DNA of 64,000 bases. Source: Raillietiella orientalis. Its lineage: Eukaryota. The DNA lies in contig JAYWIR010000018.1 in NCBI GenBank assembly GCA_036172245.1, positions 2,666,001 through 2,730,000 of the forward strand, written 5' to 3'. Position 1 is the stretch's first letter; each line of letters opens with the position of its first letter. Shown here piece after piece: positions 12,401 through 25,158 of the stretch. The notes under the pieces are model-generated. The model ran no database searches. It was not told the DNA's origin and saw nothing but the letters and a program-made list of their open reading frames with translations. The position numbers and the translations under genes were made by a program.

Positions 12401-15179
12401 GCGGGCTCATGTTGCGAAGCAGGCTGGCTTTCGCGAGCAGTCATGCAGCATTTGGAGGCGTTCGGGAAGCCCATTATTCGTTTCTTGCTAGGTCATTAGG
12501 ACAGTGGCTACTACAAAGTCAGTTCCAAGGTCATTGCTAGTCCTCGAAGAATAGCTTCTGCTGCTGTATTGAAGAGCAGGAAGCTGAGAGGGCACCCGTG
12601 CTTTACATTCCAGAGAATTTGGATGCTTTTTGTAGCTCAGGATTCCTCTTGATGGAAAGTACGCACATCCTTGTAAAGATCCTTTTGTTATTTCTTCAAA
12701 GATGATTTCCACTTCACTTTGCTGTAAGGCATCGTGAGACGCTTTTGCCAAACGCATCTGCAAAGAGAAATGAGATACAGATGTTCTGCGAGAACCTCTT
12801 TCGGTCGTCCAGTCTCGCCTGCAGCATGAACTGCTCGATGAGGAATTGAAGGGATGCTCTCTGTTTCAGACAAATGATCTGACTAGCAATGATCTACACT
12901 CGCAAACTTCGCGTGAGGTACTACAGGCTACATAGGCTCCTACATGCAACTGGTCTCCTCCATTCACGCACTCCTGGTCATCCTGAAGGTGATTGGGGAA
13001 GCAGGGTTGTCTTTGGTGGTTCCCCATATTCTGGCGTTTCCCTCGTCCGGAGTGATAGGTTAAAGATGCAATGAGCAGCCGCCCTTGGGTCCAACTGATG
13101 TCTTGCATCTTTTGTACTCTATTCCATCCGATCCTGAGGATGAATCCTCCTCTTTGGTATTGTAATTGCCTCTTCCTTCCTGAAGACACCGGTAAAACTC
13201 ACTGGGGGATGAGATCGCTTCCCACATCTTGGTATTTCTTGCTGGTGTCGGATTCGATTCCGTTCTGATTTTGGAATCCTTCTCAGAGTACTCTTCCAGT
13301 TAGTTCTTTTACAGGAACCTCACACTGTTCTCGAGCTGATCCGGTTACGCTTGCATCAAAGTTCTCCTTTGGTTGATCTGGTACAGTCTTGAGTTTCTTC
13401 GTTAGATCATTTGGTTCCTTCCTGCTATCCCTCAGGTCAGTTTTTACTTCTAGGGTCCCTCCGACTTTGTCTAATAACTGAGAGGCTCTTTCAGACCTGC
13501 CCCAGCAGGGGGATCCTCCTCACTGCGTCGTTCCTGTAATTTTTCCTCCGCACGTGTGAGTTTCTCTGAGCCTTCACTTTCGTTCTTTTCTTCTCTTCTG
13601 CTACAGCACCTGATTTTATTATAGAAGGAATGGAAATTCCTTTCTTTTTGTTGCTTTTCCCAGGGATCCTCTTGTTATGTTAGTGGCCACACTGTGCAGC
13701 CCATGTTCAAGGTGTTTGCCTCCCAAGGAGGACTGTGTTTATCCAATCTGGAAGGATATTTCTTTCTCCTCCTCCTGCTTTCTGACTCCTTGCTCCACTG
13801 ACAGAAAGTCATGCAGTGTCTGTCGCGACCTAGAAGGTGAAAATCGCTTCCACAGTTTCCGACCGAGATGAAAATACCGAGCTACTCTAAATAACTTCAC
13901 TCCCTGTTGATTGGTATGTTTTACGGAGGTTTCATCTCGCTCAGTTTCCCCAGGTTCGACTAGCGGGGGGGGTGAATTTATTTAACAGTACATGATACAG
14001 TACGTAAAGATACAGTACATGAATTTCGCTTTCATTCAGTCACATTTGGTCTTCTCACGCACTTTGTTCACTGTTTTCCCACACATAGCGTTCTTTTGAA
14101 TGTCACCATCGGGGTTGTTTTCCTTTGGACAAAGTCGCTGGGGGATGGAGGACAGTTCACTCTCTTGGCTAATGTCCGCGATCCTCCACAAGATGTAGCG
14201 GTACGTCGAGGTGGCCATCCTGCCGCAGTTACCGGTTCCTCATCTCATCAATCCGGGAGCCGTCCTTTCTACTGGATGCACATGCCGTTGATATTCCATC
14301 TTCACACTCCCGGCAGACGGCAAGAAGGAACTCATCGGTGTTTAATGTGTTGTTTTGCTCTTCTTTCTCTTTTGTTTAGGAGAAGTGATCATCGTTTTTG
14401 AGACGGTCGTCTCTACCCCGCATTGCTCTCCCACTCGATGTAGCCGCTGGTTTCGTCGACGATGTTTTCCTGCTCCTCCTGGGTTAGGCGGGCAACCCTG
14501 TCGTCTTCCTTGCTGGAAGCGAGGCCTGCTGGGCCAACTCGAAGATACTGTCTTTCGCCTCGTTCAGAGCGTTCTCCTCCTGGAGGCTCATCTTTTCGTC
14601 TACTAGTGTGTTGAGGACCTCCTCCCGGAGAGCGGAGATGCTCAGCAGAAGCTCCTGCTGTGCTGCTCCTACGTGTCGTCCCGACGGACCGCTTTCGCGA
14701 ATACGGCCACTTTCTGCGCTTACTCCGTTTCATCTCGCTCAGTGCTAAATCGTCCGAGTGATGAGCATCCACAGAGTCATGCGAAGTGGTTTAGTTCCGG
14801 CGTGGTTTTTCACTTGCATATGCTGGGGCATTTATTATTAAAATTTTAATGAAATAAAATTTTATAATGAAGTCTTTAGGTTCATTCAGGCAGAGCATGT
14901 GAGTCTGCTTGTCTTGGAACACTTGTCTTTACCGGCCCTCAGGCCGGTGAGGTCCTCTTCGCTGGCGAAGGGGGAAGGAAAACCACACAAAAAACAAAAA
15001 CACGAGGGGAGGGCAGTGTTTTCGGGAAGGAGAGGGAAGAGAAGGGATCGCAGTTCTCCGCGAGTGGTCCTCTGCATCCTGGTTTGGATGCGAACAAGTG
15101 ACGGTCGTAGTGTCCGTAACCGACAGCATCGGGAGTGGTAGACTCCCCTGAGCGGCATTCTGTCGGATTTGCTTCCTCC

Positions 15180-15460
15180 TTAGGCCTCTGATCCTCCTCC
15201 AGGCGTCGGTGAGTGTGATTTGTCAATGCGCCCTTTCTGGTGAAGGTCATGTCACACTCCGGCCTACCGCTCTTGAACTCCAGTCATCTCGTCGCTGTTG
15301 CCGGCCTTAGTCCGTTCTCATCATTGGGTTCTCATGTACCTTTGGTTAGTCTTCCAGCACGAATATATGCATACACATTCTACGCGCGTCACTTCAACGC
15401 ACACTAGGTGGCCGTTTTCGCTTCTTACTCGGGCGTCCAGATCTGCACGTTCTGACCTCG
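15180..15460 (-). mobile_element. NeSL/Utopia-like N-terminal zinc-finger fragment
   Basis: FKSGRPECDMTFTRKGALTNHTHRR aligns with FICNKLDCGMAFSTRRGLLNHQI*H at ~30692. Confidence 0.5.
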
Positions 15461-15799
15461 AATGGCAGCTATCGAAAGAAGAAGCTGGTGGCAGGGCAAA
15501 TGGATGAAGAGACCATTCTTCGCGCAATTCTACGCTTCTATCATTTCTACGATGCTTTTTGTTCCTTTTACTCCAAGTTCTGTTCATTCCTGTTCCGGGT
15601 TTCCCGACGGGTTTCCCTTTTACTCGACGTGTTTCAGTTGCAGCCACAGATCACCTAACACAGCTGAGAGGGGCTCCGCTCCCAAAACGGCGCCGGCAGA
15701 TTGCAATCAAACGCCCTTCGTATAATCAGCTGTCCCTGAGCCTGTCGGACTCTCTCTCGCTCTCTCGAGTTTTCTGGAGTTCTTGCGTTGCGGGCAAGC

Positions 15800-16080
15800 A
15801 AGGGAGGAAGGAGTTTGAGGGCGGTTTCTTGGACAGCATAAGTTGACAGTGAGTCCACCTGCCTGGAAGTGCCCGGGCGTCACGAAACCCTTCGAGCTCG
15901 CACTGGTTTGTCCGAGTCACGTGCTTGGTGGTCCCGCAAATTGAAGCTCGTGCGTTGGTTGAGGAGTTCTCTGCAAGCGTGAGGGGAAGGGGGGAGAAGA
16001 GAGGGACTTTCTTGAACTCCGGGAACAGAATGGACCGCCTCCCTTCCTGGTGGAAGATGTTGTACGTCCCACAGATCTGA
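15800..16080 (+). pseudogene. Histone H2B-like relic
   Basis: RKE..VHLPG..WFV..EARAL..EKRGT / TASLPG vs RKE..VHPDTG..SFV..EASRL..NKRST / TAVRLLLPG. Confidence 0.38.
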
Positions 16081-16649
16081 GGAAAAAGACAGGCAACGCA
16101 ACCTTGATGACCACAGCAGCATCGGGAAACGCAGAACACACTGCCGTACCAGGCCACGTATGCAACGTGGGGCACTTTGATCAGCCGATAGTGAAAATGG
16201 GGTCAAAATGAGACGTTTTCGTTGAAACGGAAGGCTGGGTCTTCTCCTTTTCTTCTGCCTACCTTCGACCGCCTCCCTCTTCTCTCAGAGGGGTGGAAGG
16301 CTATGCGCTCTGGAGACGAGCTCACCAACGCGAAGGGAGAGAAGTTCCAAGGTGCGTCACCGGGGCAGGTGCAGCTGCCGTCTCGCTGCCTCTCCCTCTG
16401 CATCAGTCTCGTCAAGGACATATCCTTCCATGCTTACGCTGGTTCTCGAGAAGAGAGCCTCCTAGCGCAACAGTCTGCTGATCCACCGTTATCGGTGAGC
16501 GCGACTCCGTCAAAGGTGCCATCAGCATCTTCTTTAAGACCATTCTGTCCTCCGAGCAGACAACCGACGACATTTCTGGTCGCACCAAGAAAGGGAACGA
16601 GGTGCTTGCCATCGGAAACAGATGAAATCTCTGCGCGATTTCTCCCTTG

Positions 16650-17290
16650 GAAATTTGTTGGTCTCCTTTGAGCGAATCGGGCACGCCCCAGAGCAAAAGT
16701 CCGCGAGGTCGAGCAATCGGGGTCACAGCGTTGGTGAGATGGTCGATTTTCCGTTCGTCTAGTCTTTTCCTCCTTGCAAAGATTTCCACAGTAACCTCCC
16801 ATCTAGTCGTAAGGTTGCTGCCCATATGCTCCCTAAAGGAGGGCAGCGCGGCGACGAGGGAGGTTCTGTTTGTCCATTCACTCTGCGCGGGATCTTCCAG
16901 GGTCTCTCGGAGCATGCAGTTGTTGTTACGCGTGCACAGGAAACGTCGCACCTGTTCCGCACTTGGCTCTTGGATCCTCGCCCATGTGCGCACGGTTTCC
17001 TGCAACCGGACACTACCGTTCGCGGGACTCCACAAGATCAATCCGGTTTCCTCGCCAGCGTGGCCATCTGCCGCAGGTGCAGTCCGCCGTGGATGAGACT
17101 GCATGGACGGAGCGCAAGGAAGGACGCAAGTCCCACGTTGCCTGTGGCTTGCACGACGAGAGGACATGCAGGTTGGCACCAGGTGGTGGTCCATAATTTT
17201 TCTATGTGGACCATTGTTCGAAACTGGAGCTACAGATCTATTCGCTCCAGAGTTAGAAGGCCCAGGCCGCTGTCCCCGAGCGGAGAGCAC
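16650..17290 (-). mobile_element. L1/Tx1-like ORF2 fragment (post-RT region)
   Basis: LQETVRTWARIQE..RTSLVAALPSFREH is homologous to ~57800-57980 (FQETVRTWARNQE..RTFLAAELPFLREH) and ~43795. Confidence 0.75.
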
Positions 17291-17382
17291 AAGTCCTTTA
17301 CGCGGACTCAGGCCTCCCTTTGCCCCAGGGGGCGATCCAGAGAAGATCCTTCTTCCGCTTTCTGATTCTACATGGCGGGGGG

Positions 17383-18246
17383 CAAACGAAAAGCAGGGAG
17401 CGGAGGAGGGGGACCACGAACGTGTTGGTGCGGCACTGGTTGACAGCCAATCACGCCGGGGCGTTTATTCATAAAATGAACTTACATGTTTGATCCTGCC
17501 ACGTTACTTATGAATACGAAAAGGAACCTGCCGGGATCTGACTCGCAGGCCAGCGGGGTTCGCCTCGGCAGCACAGGGGAAGGGGAGTGGTGAAAACCGG
17601 AAACCGGATGCCCCCGTTCACTGGCCTCTGGGATTGGAAGTGGATCCTCCCAGGAACCAGGGAACGATGGTTTTCCTCAGGGGTTCCTCTCCGATCGTGC
17701 GAATGGAGCCTCCCCCCCGCCTTTTTTCCTCCTAAGAGACCCTCCATCTCGCAACATGGAGCTGGAGGATTGATACCCTTCCAGAGTGTGAAGGAGTGCG
17801 CTGCTCCCTTCGGGAGTGCCCTCCAGAGAAATTGGGAAGAGTCCCGTCGGGGTTCTCTGCAGAGGAGGAAACAAGGAGGGCTCCCATGCGGATGCTCTCC
17901 GTTGAAGAAATTCCAGTAGCGCGTCTTTTCCAGGTTTTCTTCGGAGAAGAAATGGGAAGTGGTTCCTCCTCCGGAAGACCCCTCCGGAGAGCAAAAGGAA
18001 AAAGTTTCCCTCGGGGTTCCCTACGGAGGCAACCATGGCGCGGGTTCCCCTCCCCTCCCAAACGTAAGAGGAACGGGTTTTTTGCTCCGGCGCCTTCCTG
18101 GATTCATAGGGTGATCCCTACGGAGTTAGCCCTTATACCTTGAAGAGTGAAACGCCTCTTCGGGTGGCGTGGACAGCGCTAAGGAGCTTCGTGAGCTCCC
18201 CCTAAGGAGGCGGACGGTTCTTGAGCACTTGGCAAACCAAAAAAAA
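17383..18246 (-). repeat. Bipartite LINE derivative (5' end/ORF1 start joined to 3' UTR), inverted duplicate of 54522-55395
   Basis: 17383-18238 matches 54540-55395 in reverse complement (856 bp, few substitutions). Confidence 0.9.
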
Positions 18247-19939
18247 GAAAACATCACAGTTTGTTGATCTCCCGATATTTTTTTTCTTTCACGATTGTCG
18301 GTTTGTTTGTTTCCTTTTTGTATCTTCTGCTGCCCACTCCACTTTGCCCGTTTTCTTGGCTATCGACCTGCGTGCCGGCTCTCGGTGCATTTAAAGTACA
18401 AGTTGTTCCTTATATGTATGTTAACTGAATTCAAATAGCAACGGCCCTGTCGGAGCGGGAGAGAAGCGGTGACGCAGCCGCACACAGGTCGAGCAAGCGG
18501 TAGAAGATGGGGAAAATCCTCATCCTAGCCCTTCCCTTAAATTTCTCCATGGAATCCGCGCAATCTTTTTTCATAGCATTTTCGCCATGTCAAATCGCTG
18601 GAGGCTGAGGAAGTGGCCATTTGTTTTGCTCTTTGCTTCAAGAACGGTCGTGCTAGTTTTCCGAAGACACCTCGAAGCTCACTAAGAAATGCAATTGCCG
18701 AATTCCTATCTCAATGAATTAAACCCGCATGACTAATTTGGGCCAATTAAACGAACTGAACATCGCGATGGAGAATGTGTGGGGTGTGCGAATTTGTGCA
18801 TCGTCAGCGCGCAAATCTAAGAATATGCCCATGGAAGGTGAGCGCTGTTGATGAGGAACACGGCCCAGAGCAGCACCGCGTTTAGAAATTTTGACTCCTG
18901 GCCAAGTCGAGAAGCGAAGAGGATGCGGATGCGTCAGAGCGGCAAGTTCATCTCAAAATGCTCTCAGGAGGATGTATGTTTCTGTCACCAGAAAAAACAA
19001 CAACAACAACAAACTTGATTCGGAATCAAATTTTAGAAGAGAGACGAATATAAAACCGAGATTTCATACATTCCTTGATAGGTCATTAAAAAACCTTGCG
19101 TTTTCTCATGTCTGCATCTCGCTCAGACACGGAATCTTCCTATTCTTTTTTTTTTTTTTTTGCCTTCGAGATGATTGTTCTTGATGAAAACCACGGAATT
19201 GTGAATATTTGCATTTTCCCGACAATCTTTCCAGAAAACTCCAAAGATCATACGATGTTTCAACCAATACTTGAAAATTAATGACGCGAAAGCTGAATAC
19301 GAGCACAGCAGCATGCGTTACATCCTCCTGCATTAGAGCTGCTCCCTGAGATAATCACATCTGTTGCAGGTGCACACTTTCATCTCTTTTTTCGTAAAGG
19401 TTCCTCCTTTGGTGCAAGAAAAGCGAATTCGAAGCGAAGGCGGACTTCACGTGCCTTCGGGGAACGCGTTCCGCTCTATTTAGCTGAGAATTCATGCTCG
19501 TCCTTCCATCGACAGGACCCTTCGCATTCACACGCTTGCCGTCCGTGTGAGGAAAAATCTTAGACGAAGAATTCAAAGAGCCGTGTCGCAAGTTCCCTCG
19601 CCAACGTGGTCTTTTGACACAAGTCAAAAACGACCTTGCGACCCTCACTCGAACTCGATCTCGGAAAAACCCCGGTTCGAATCCAGCGTGAAGGGTGTTG
19701 GAATGCCTCTGCTGGATTCCTGAAGGCAAAAAATCGATCGAGGCAGGACCAGGGACACCACCCTGCAGAAATCCAAGTACATTCGCAAAATGAAATTCCA
19801 CGTTTTATGAAAAACGGGAGCGAAAATCACATCTTCGCCTCGGAGCCGATCGGTGTGAATTCAGTTAAACTGCATTTTGAGTGGAACGCTCCCATCATTA
19901 ACGACTAACAGAAAACGCCGAAGTCAACAGAGTGGAGGC

Positions 19940-20155
19940 TATCAAAAAGGGGAATCTATTTGAAAGGTAAGGACCGAATGTGCAAAATCACTTGCCGCCA
20001 TCAATAGCGAGGCTCAAAAAAGGGTAAAAACACAAGCCAGGGACTCCGGATTCTTAATGCTGCAAGCCCCATTGCGAAAAATAGGTTCGTAAAGGGTGAC
20101 CCGGCGTGTCGAGAGACAGCCGAGATCCGCAGCCCGAGATCAGCTGGCATTTCTT
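19940..20155 (+). pseudogene. Histone H2A-like relic
   Basis: IKKGNLFER*G / LAAI / DQLAF vs LRKGNYAERVG / LAAV / LQLAI. Confidence 0.33.
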
Positions 20156-23100
20156 TACTGTGAGGAGATTGACTGATTGGGATTAATTTTGAATTTCGAG
20201 CATCCTCCGCTGTTTGCAGAGGGTTGTGGCAAGCATCGGGTAGAATCTGGAAGTGATAATAAACTGTCCTGGGAGTTCCGTTCGCTGGTGCTTGGGTTCG
20301 GAAGAGCCACCGCCATCACGCTCGAATCAAAAATCCCGTCTTCCCAAACGTGGCAACGCGCTTCCTTTCCCCTGGCACTGCGTCTGTGACCGGCCTTCGA
20401 GTCCCCACGGCACTGGTCACTATGTGCGGATTGTGTTCGGGAATTTCGCGAGCCTGAAGGTTGGTCGGCATCAGCGCTTTGATTAGCGTCTCCTCTGGAA
20501 ATCGCCAAGCGTTAAAATCGGAAATAAGCCGACCAACTCTCACAAAGAGGGCCACAAAAAACTATTCCGTTGCCACCCAAATGAATCTATAAAGTTCCTT
20601 ATCTTTGCAAACAAAAAAAAAAGGAAGTGTGTGATGTATCCACTTCTTGGAAGGCAAGTCATTCGCTTCTCAGAAGTTACATAATCTATCCAGTTGTTGC
20701 TTCAAGAAATTCACAGAGTTACCTGAACAGTTCGAAGTACATGCTCGCTCTTTTGAAATACAATTGGTACTCTGGTGTTTTCATCAATGCGATGACTGTA
20801 CACTGTACTAAAGCTATGCGTCTCATCGAAAATAAGTAGAGTCAAGTCGTATGTGTTCAGTTTTTCGATTAAAAAATTACTGATAGCATTTCGTGATTCA
20901 GTGAAACCATTCACACTGATTTCACGATCCCAGCAAGCCTTCTGTAGCAGGAAAGCATCCTTCTTGACGAGGGGAATGGCAACAAAGCGAATGGGATAAA
21001 TCCGTCGCTATGACCTGACATTGGGCTTTATTCCTCGAGGAATTAAAGGATAGCAAACACGGAAGTGTCACTGAATTGTGTTTTCATGATAAGGAAGAAG
21101 TCTAAATGCAGGAACATTACACTTCGAAATGAAGGTTCTTAATATCACCGTGGAAGGTCAAAAGCATCGGTTTCCTCAACTTTCACTACGACTCTTTTTA
21201 AAATCTCGCTGAAAGTTATTCTGTTTGCCTCGTAACTGGAATAAAGTGGGGAAGAGCCATCTCTCTGAATGGAAACCGAGATGCAAAACGATCGAATCTG
21301 ACAGCACCGCCCAACTTCTCTGTGCTCTTAGGAGGTTCCGTAGTTTCTGAAAGACGTCTTATCTGGAATCAGCGTGGAATGGATCTAAGGGAACACCTCG
21401 CTCGGTTGGCTTGAATGAAAGCTCAGGATTTTTCGGTACTGATAAGCCGCATCTTCTCGCCCGTCTTGCGGCATGTTCAGGTACCAGCCAGTTTGAAAAT
21501 CTTTGATGTGAGGAGATCGAAATTGAAACTTGCAACCAAGGGAACCGAAAGGAATCCACAGGGCTGGAAATTTACAGTGCCTTACAGGGAGTTCCAATCT
21601 GCCAGTGTCACGGCAAAATTTTCTTCCTGGAGGGAAATAAATCAGCAACATTTGCGCCGGTGATCCTGGATTTCGGAGAGCGGGTAGGTGTTTGGGAACT
21701 ATTGATTCGGCGGAAGATCTTCGACGCAAGTTTCACTGTTCTCATGCAGGTCTGAGCAGCGCACTGACATAAAATGCTGACAGGTGGAAGGTGAACGTGT
21801 TTTGAGAAATCTGGGATTGGAAATTTCATGGGCTTGATGTTGTTTGCTCACGTCCTTACTCGTTCGAGGGAAGTCCATCCGTCCATTTCGATTCGATGCA
21901 TCGGTCCTCCGAAAGAAGCAAAGCGATAGTTTGGTGCCGTGGAAAAGAAAGGTCTCCAAGGGAAACCATAGTTAGTTAGCACAGGACTCCAGAGTCCAGA
22001 GTAATCTGGTAGATAGAGTAGGAACTTGATGTTCCCAAAGCTAGGAAGCTGGAGCGCGTGAGTTTGCTGTTGTCTGGATCCCTGGATGCATTCCTAGTCA
22101 GCATCCGGTAATGAACGAAAGCACTCTCTTCATCGTCTCTATGATAAAACTGCTCAACACGTCGGGAGTCGAACATAGAAAAGGTGGAAACGAAGTTTCT
22201 GACCTGAAAAGCTTTCCCGTTTCGAAATACGGGAAATTCGATGAAGACAAGATAGATGTCTTCACCTTACAAGCAACAATTATTATCTTTGGAAAACAGA
22301 TATATTCTTTTTTCTCACAGCCATTCATCGGCTTTAGGAATTTTTTGGAATTAGAAGAGTGAAGTAACTTGTGTAATTCATGTGTCTATTTAATTATTCG
22401 ACGCCGTCGCGCGCCAAAAGTTCCTGGAAAGCTCGGGAATTCAAATAATTTGAAAAACTTTCAAAAATTGAATTCTGAACTCTGAATTTTTTAAAAGAAT
22501 GCAGCAATGTACCAGCTACGTAATAGCGATTGAATGGTTTTTACAACTGCCAAATCGATAGATATATGGAACAAACCCACATTTATGAAAATGTGGTCGT
22601 TACTTCTGTCTATAAAATGCATTGCATCAAATAGTATCTTTCCGAACATCTTTTACAAAGATGTTTGAAAAGTAACAACAGAGTTCAACGCATGCTGTGG
22701 ATCAGCGGGTACCAGCTCAGCAAATTTGATCTTTGCAGATATCCCCATTATGCGGCTGCAACAGATTCATCAGGGAGAGATAAAATGAACGGGTTTGACG
22801 ATTAGGTTGCTATGGAAGTTTTGCTGAAATGAAAACTCGTCAAATATACGAAGTGAATGTGCGATAATAGAGTGGTAGTTTATCTTTGACACTTAGACGA
22901 TACTATAGAAATGACGCACGAAAATTAAACGAAGCCTCCATGAAAGAAGACTGAAAACGAAAGTTATCTTGTTTTGGTGAAGAGGATAAACCAAAACAAT
23001 GAAAGCAATCCTTCGACGTGGTTAGAAAAATCATGTACGTGCGTCATATCCTCACGCGGCATTGCAGTTCAGGATGGACTTTGCAAATGCGAAGCAAATT

Positions 23101-24321
23101 AATAAATCAAAAGTACGTAACGCACGAAGAACATCACATGAGAACACCTATGACAAAAGTACAGCCAGGGGAAACTGGGGTCAAAACCATTCTGAAAAGT
23201 CCCGCGAAAATGGAATGGTTGTGGGCAAGAACCTAAGTATGAAACCTGCAAGTGGCAAAATTAAGGTGTAGAGGTCATGATAGGACCAAGTGCGAGTCAA
23301 ATTTCCAAGTCTGGAACCTGACCGTAAACCAGTGTGTGTTACTGGTGGCCCTCCAGAATCCATTCATCCCTTCGGGCAGCATTCTAATGACTTTTCCTTT
23401 GTCCGAGGCAACTGCAGAAATGCAACCCGTATTCTTCAAAATATCTGCTTTCACTGCTCCACGGCAAAGTGATTGCTCCTATTCTGGATTTTTGTCTCCT
23501 AATGCCATATCTAAGTGAATGGAATGAATCCCATCTTTAAGTGAATGGGATTCCTAAAGTGCGCTTGGAAGATGGAGCCAATGCATCTGCAAAGATTCCG
23601 CATTCAGCAACACGCGTTGAAATCAAAACAGAACTTTGATTTTTTCAAGTATCTTTGCTGAGGATGTTCGAAAAGATCTTGTTTCATGCAGTACGTTTTA
23701 TAGCCAGGAGCAAAGAATGTAAACAACCCGAATTGTAAAGCGCTTCCACTCATTACGCTCGATCGATTCCTGACCCTCCGATTCGCAGCAACCGTGTTCG
23801 CCGAGATGGATCGGGGGACCCAACTCCTCTCAGGTGAAAGCAGAATCACGGAACTGCGAACATCTGTGGAATCTCTGACGAGCTTAACGAATTGCCCAGC
23901 ACACAGATCAACAAGAGTGCAGAAGCAGGAAAATGAATCATCAGTGCTCACGTTTGGGGCATTTTGTTCGCACTCTTACTGAATGGAAACCAGAGAGACA
24001 AAGGCGAGGAAAAAAAAATAAAAATCATGTTGATCGAATGTTCTAGATAGCATTGCTCTCCGTACACACATAGGTTTTTCTTAGGCATCATGAGAGTTTC
24101 TATACGCACTCAGCTTCACAGCTTGCCTCAGGGGCTTTTGATGCAAATCCAGGAAACGACTCGAGACGATTTCTTACGTAAGTAAGCACAAGATAACGTC
24201 AGCTTCAAACCCCAATGCAGCTAAGCTCGTGCAGAAAGTTTTTTGGTATGAGCCCGCAAAAATGTATTGCAGCACCATCTTTCCAAAGGAAGCGACTTCA
24301 GCCCGGTTTCCAATAGCGATA

Positions 24322-25158
24322 ACAGTAGGCCCCCGTACAGCGCGGGGCACGCACTCCGCGCGCTATACGAGCCGTATGGGTCACACATGGACAATTCGTG
24401 AAAGACAGAAAATGCATCTAAAGCTCCATAACAGCGGAACATCACTCTCAAACAAAACGAAAAAACGAAAAAGGTTTATTCATCATTCAACATGAAATTA
24501 AAAAAAGAAAACCTTTTCGAGTTGCGTTGATTTTTATTTTTTTTATTCGACTCTAGCACTTCTATAACTTCACCTCTATCGCTCTCGTTGTGCACCTTCC
24601 CGGCCGTTTCCTTCACGAACCTTCGAATGACCTCGACCCACTCCAGTCGCACGTTCGCATTCGTTCCCAAATCAGTTCGGCTGACACGCACTGCGCCCCC
24701 AATTCCAATTCGCCCACAGAGGCGGGCGAGACTGGTTGACCGTCTTGTACGAGGGCTGCGCCCAATACTTGCTGCCGCGATGTACGAATCCGCTTCGTAC
24801 GGAAGTCCGTTGCGTTTCCCACAAGGAATGAAATGCAAACAGAAACGAAAACCGAGGAGTGTCGGCTGCGAGTTTGTCCAAGCGGCGACGCCTCGGGCGA
24901 GGCGTCAGGGGATTCGAGCAGTTGGCACCAACGCGACCGCAACCACTTCCGGTTCGCAAGAGATGGTAGAGTGCCTGGTGGCAAGTGTTTCCAGATTCAC
25001 AGAACACAGTAATGCAACGGATTGTCTCCACCCCTCCAGAGGGGTGGAGACACACCTGCTCCATCAGTACGACTCGGAGAGTCCCCCCCGGAGTCCGCCC
25101 CTCCAACATCTGGAGAGGTGGCGACGCACCTAATCCATGTGAAAAACAAAAAAGGAAA
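24322..25158. repeat. 837-bp module, directly duplicated at 52361-53197; possibly an antisense LINE 3' end
   Basis: Near-identical sequence at offset 28039, with several strong hairpins. Minus-strand GNTCHQALYHLL..LWANWNW only weakly resembles a LINE zinc-finger C-terminus. Confidence 0.93.

Noticed and set aside
12480..13300. Possible decayed NACHT-like gene pieces (also 7470-8230)
   Set aside because: Coding-like composition, but no clear Walker A or B motif.
18231..18246. A-runs at 18239, 42028, 50674 and 54522 as SINE poly(A) tails or splice acceptors
   Set aside because: In the full-length element this segment lies upstream of ORF1 and APE, so it is best read as the T-rich LINE 5' UTR.
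20700..23520. Possible receptor-like pseudogene or exons on the minus strand
   Set aside because: Many stop codons and no identifiable motif.
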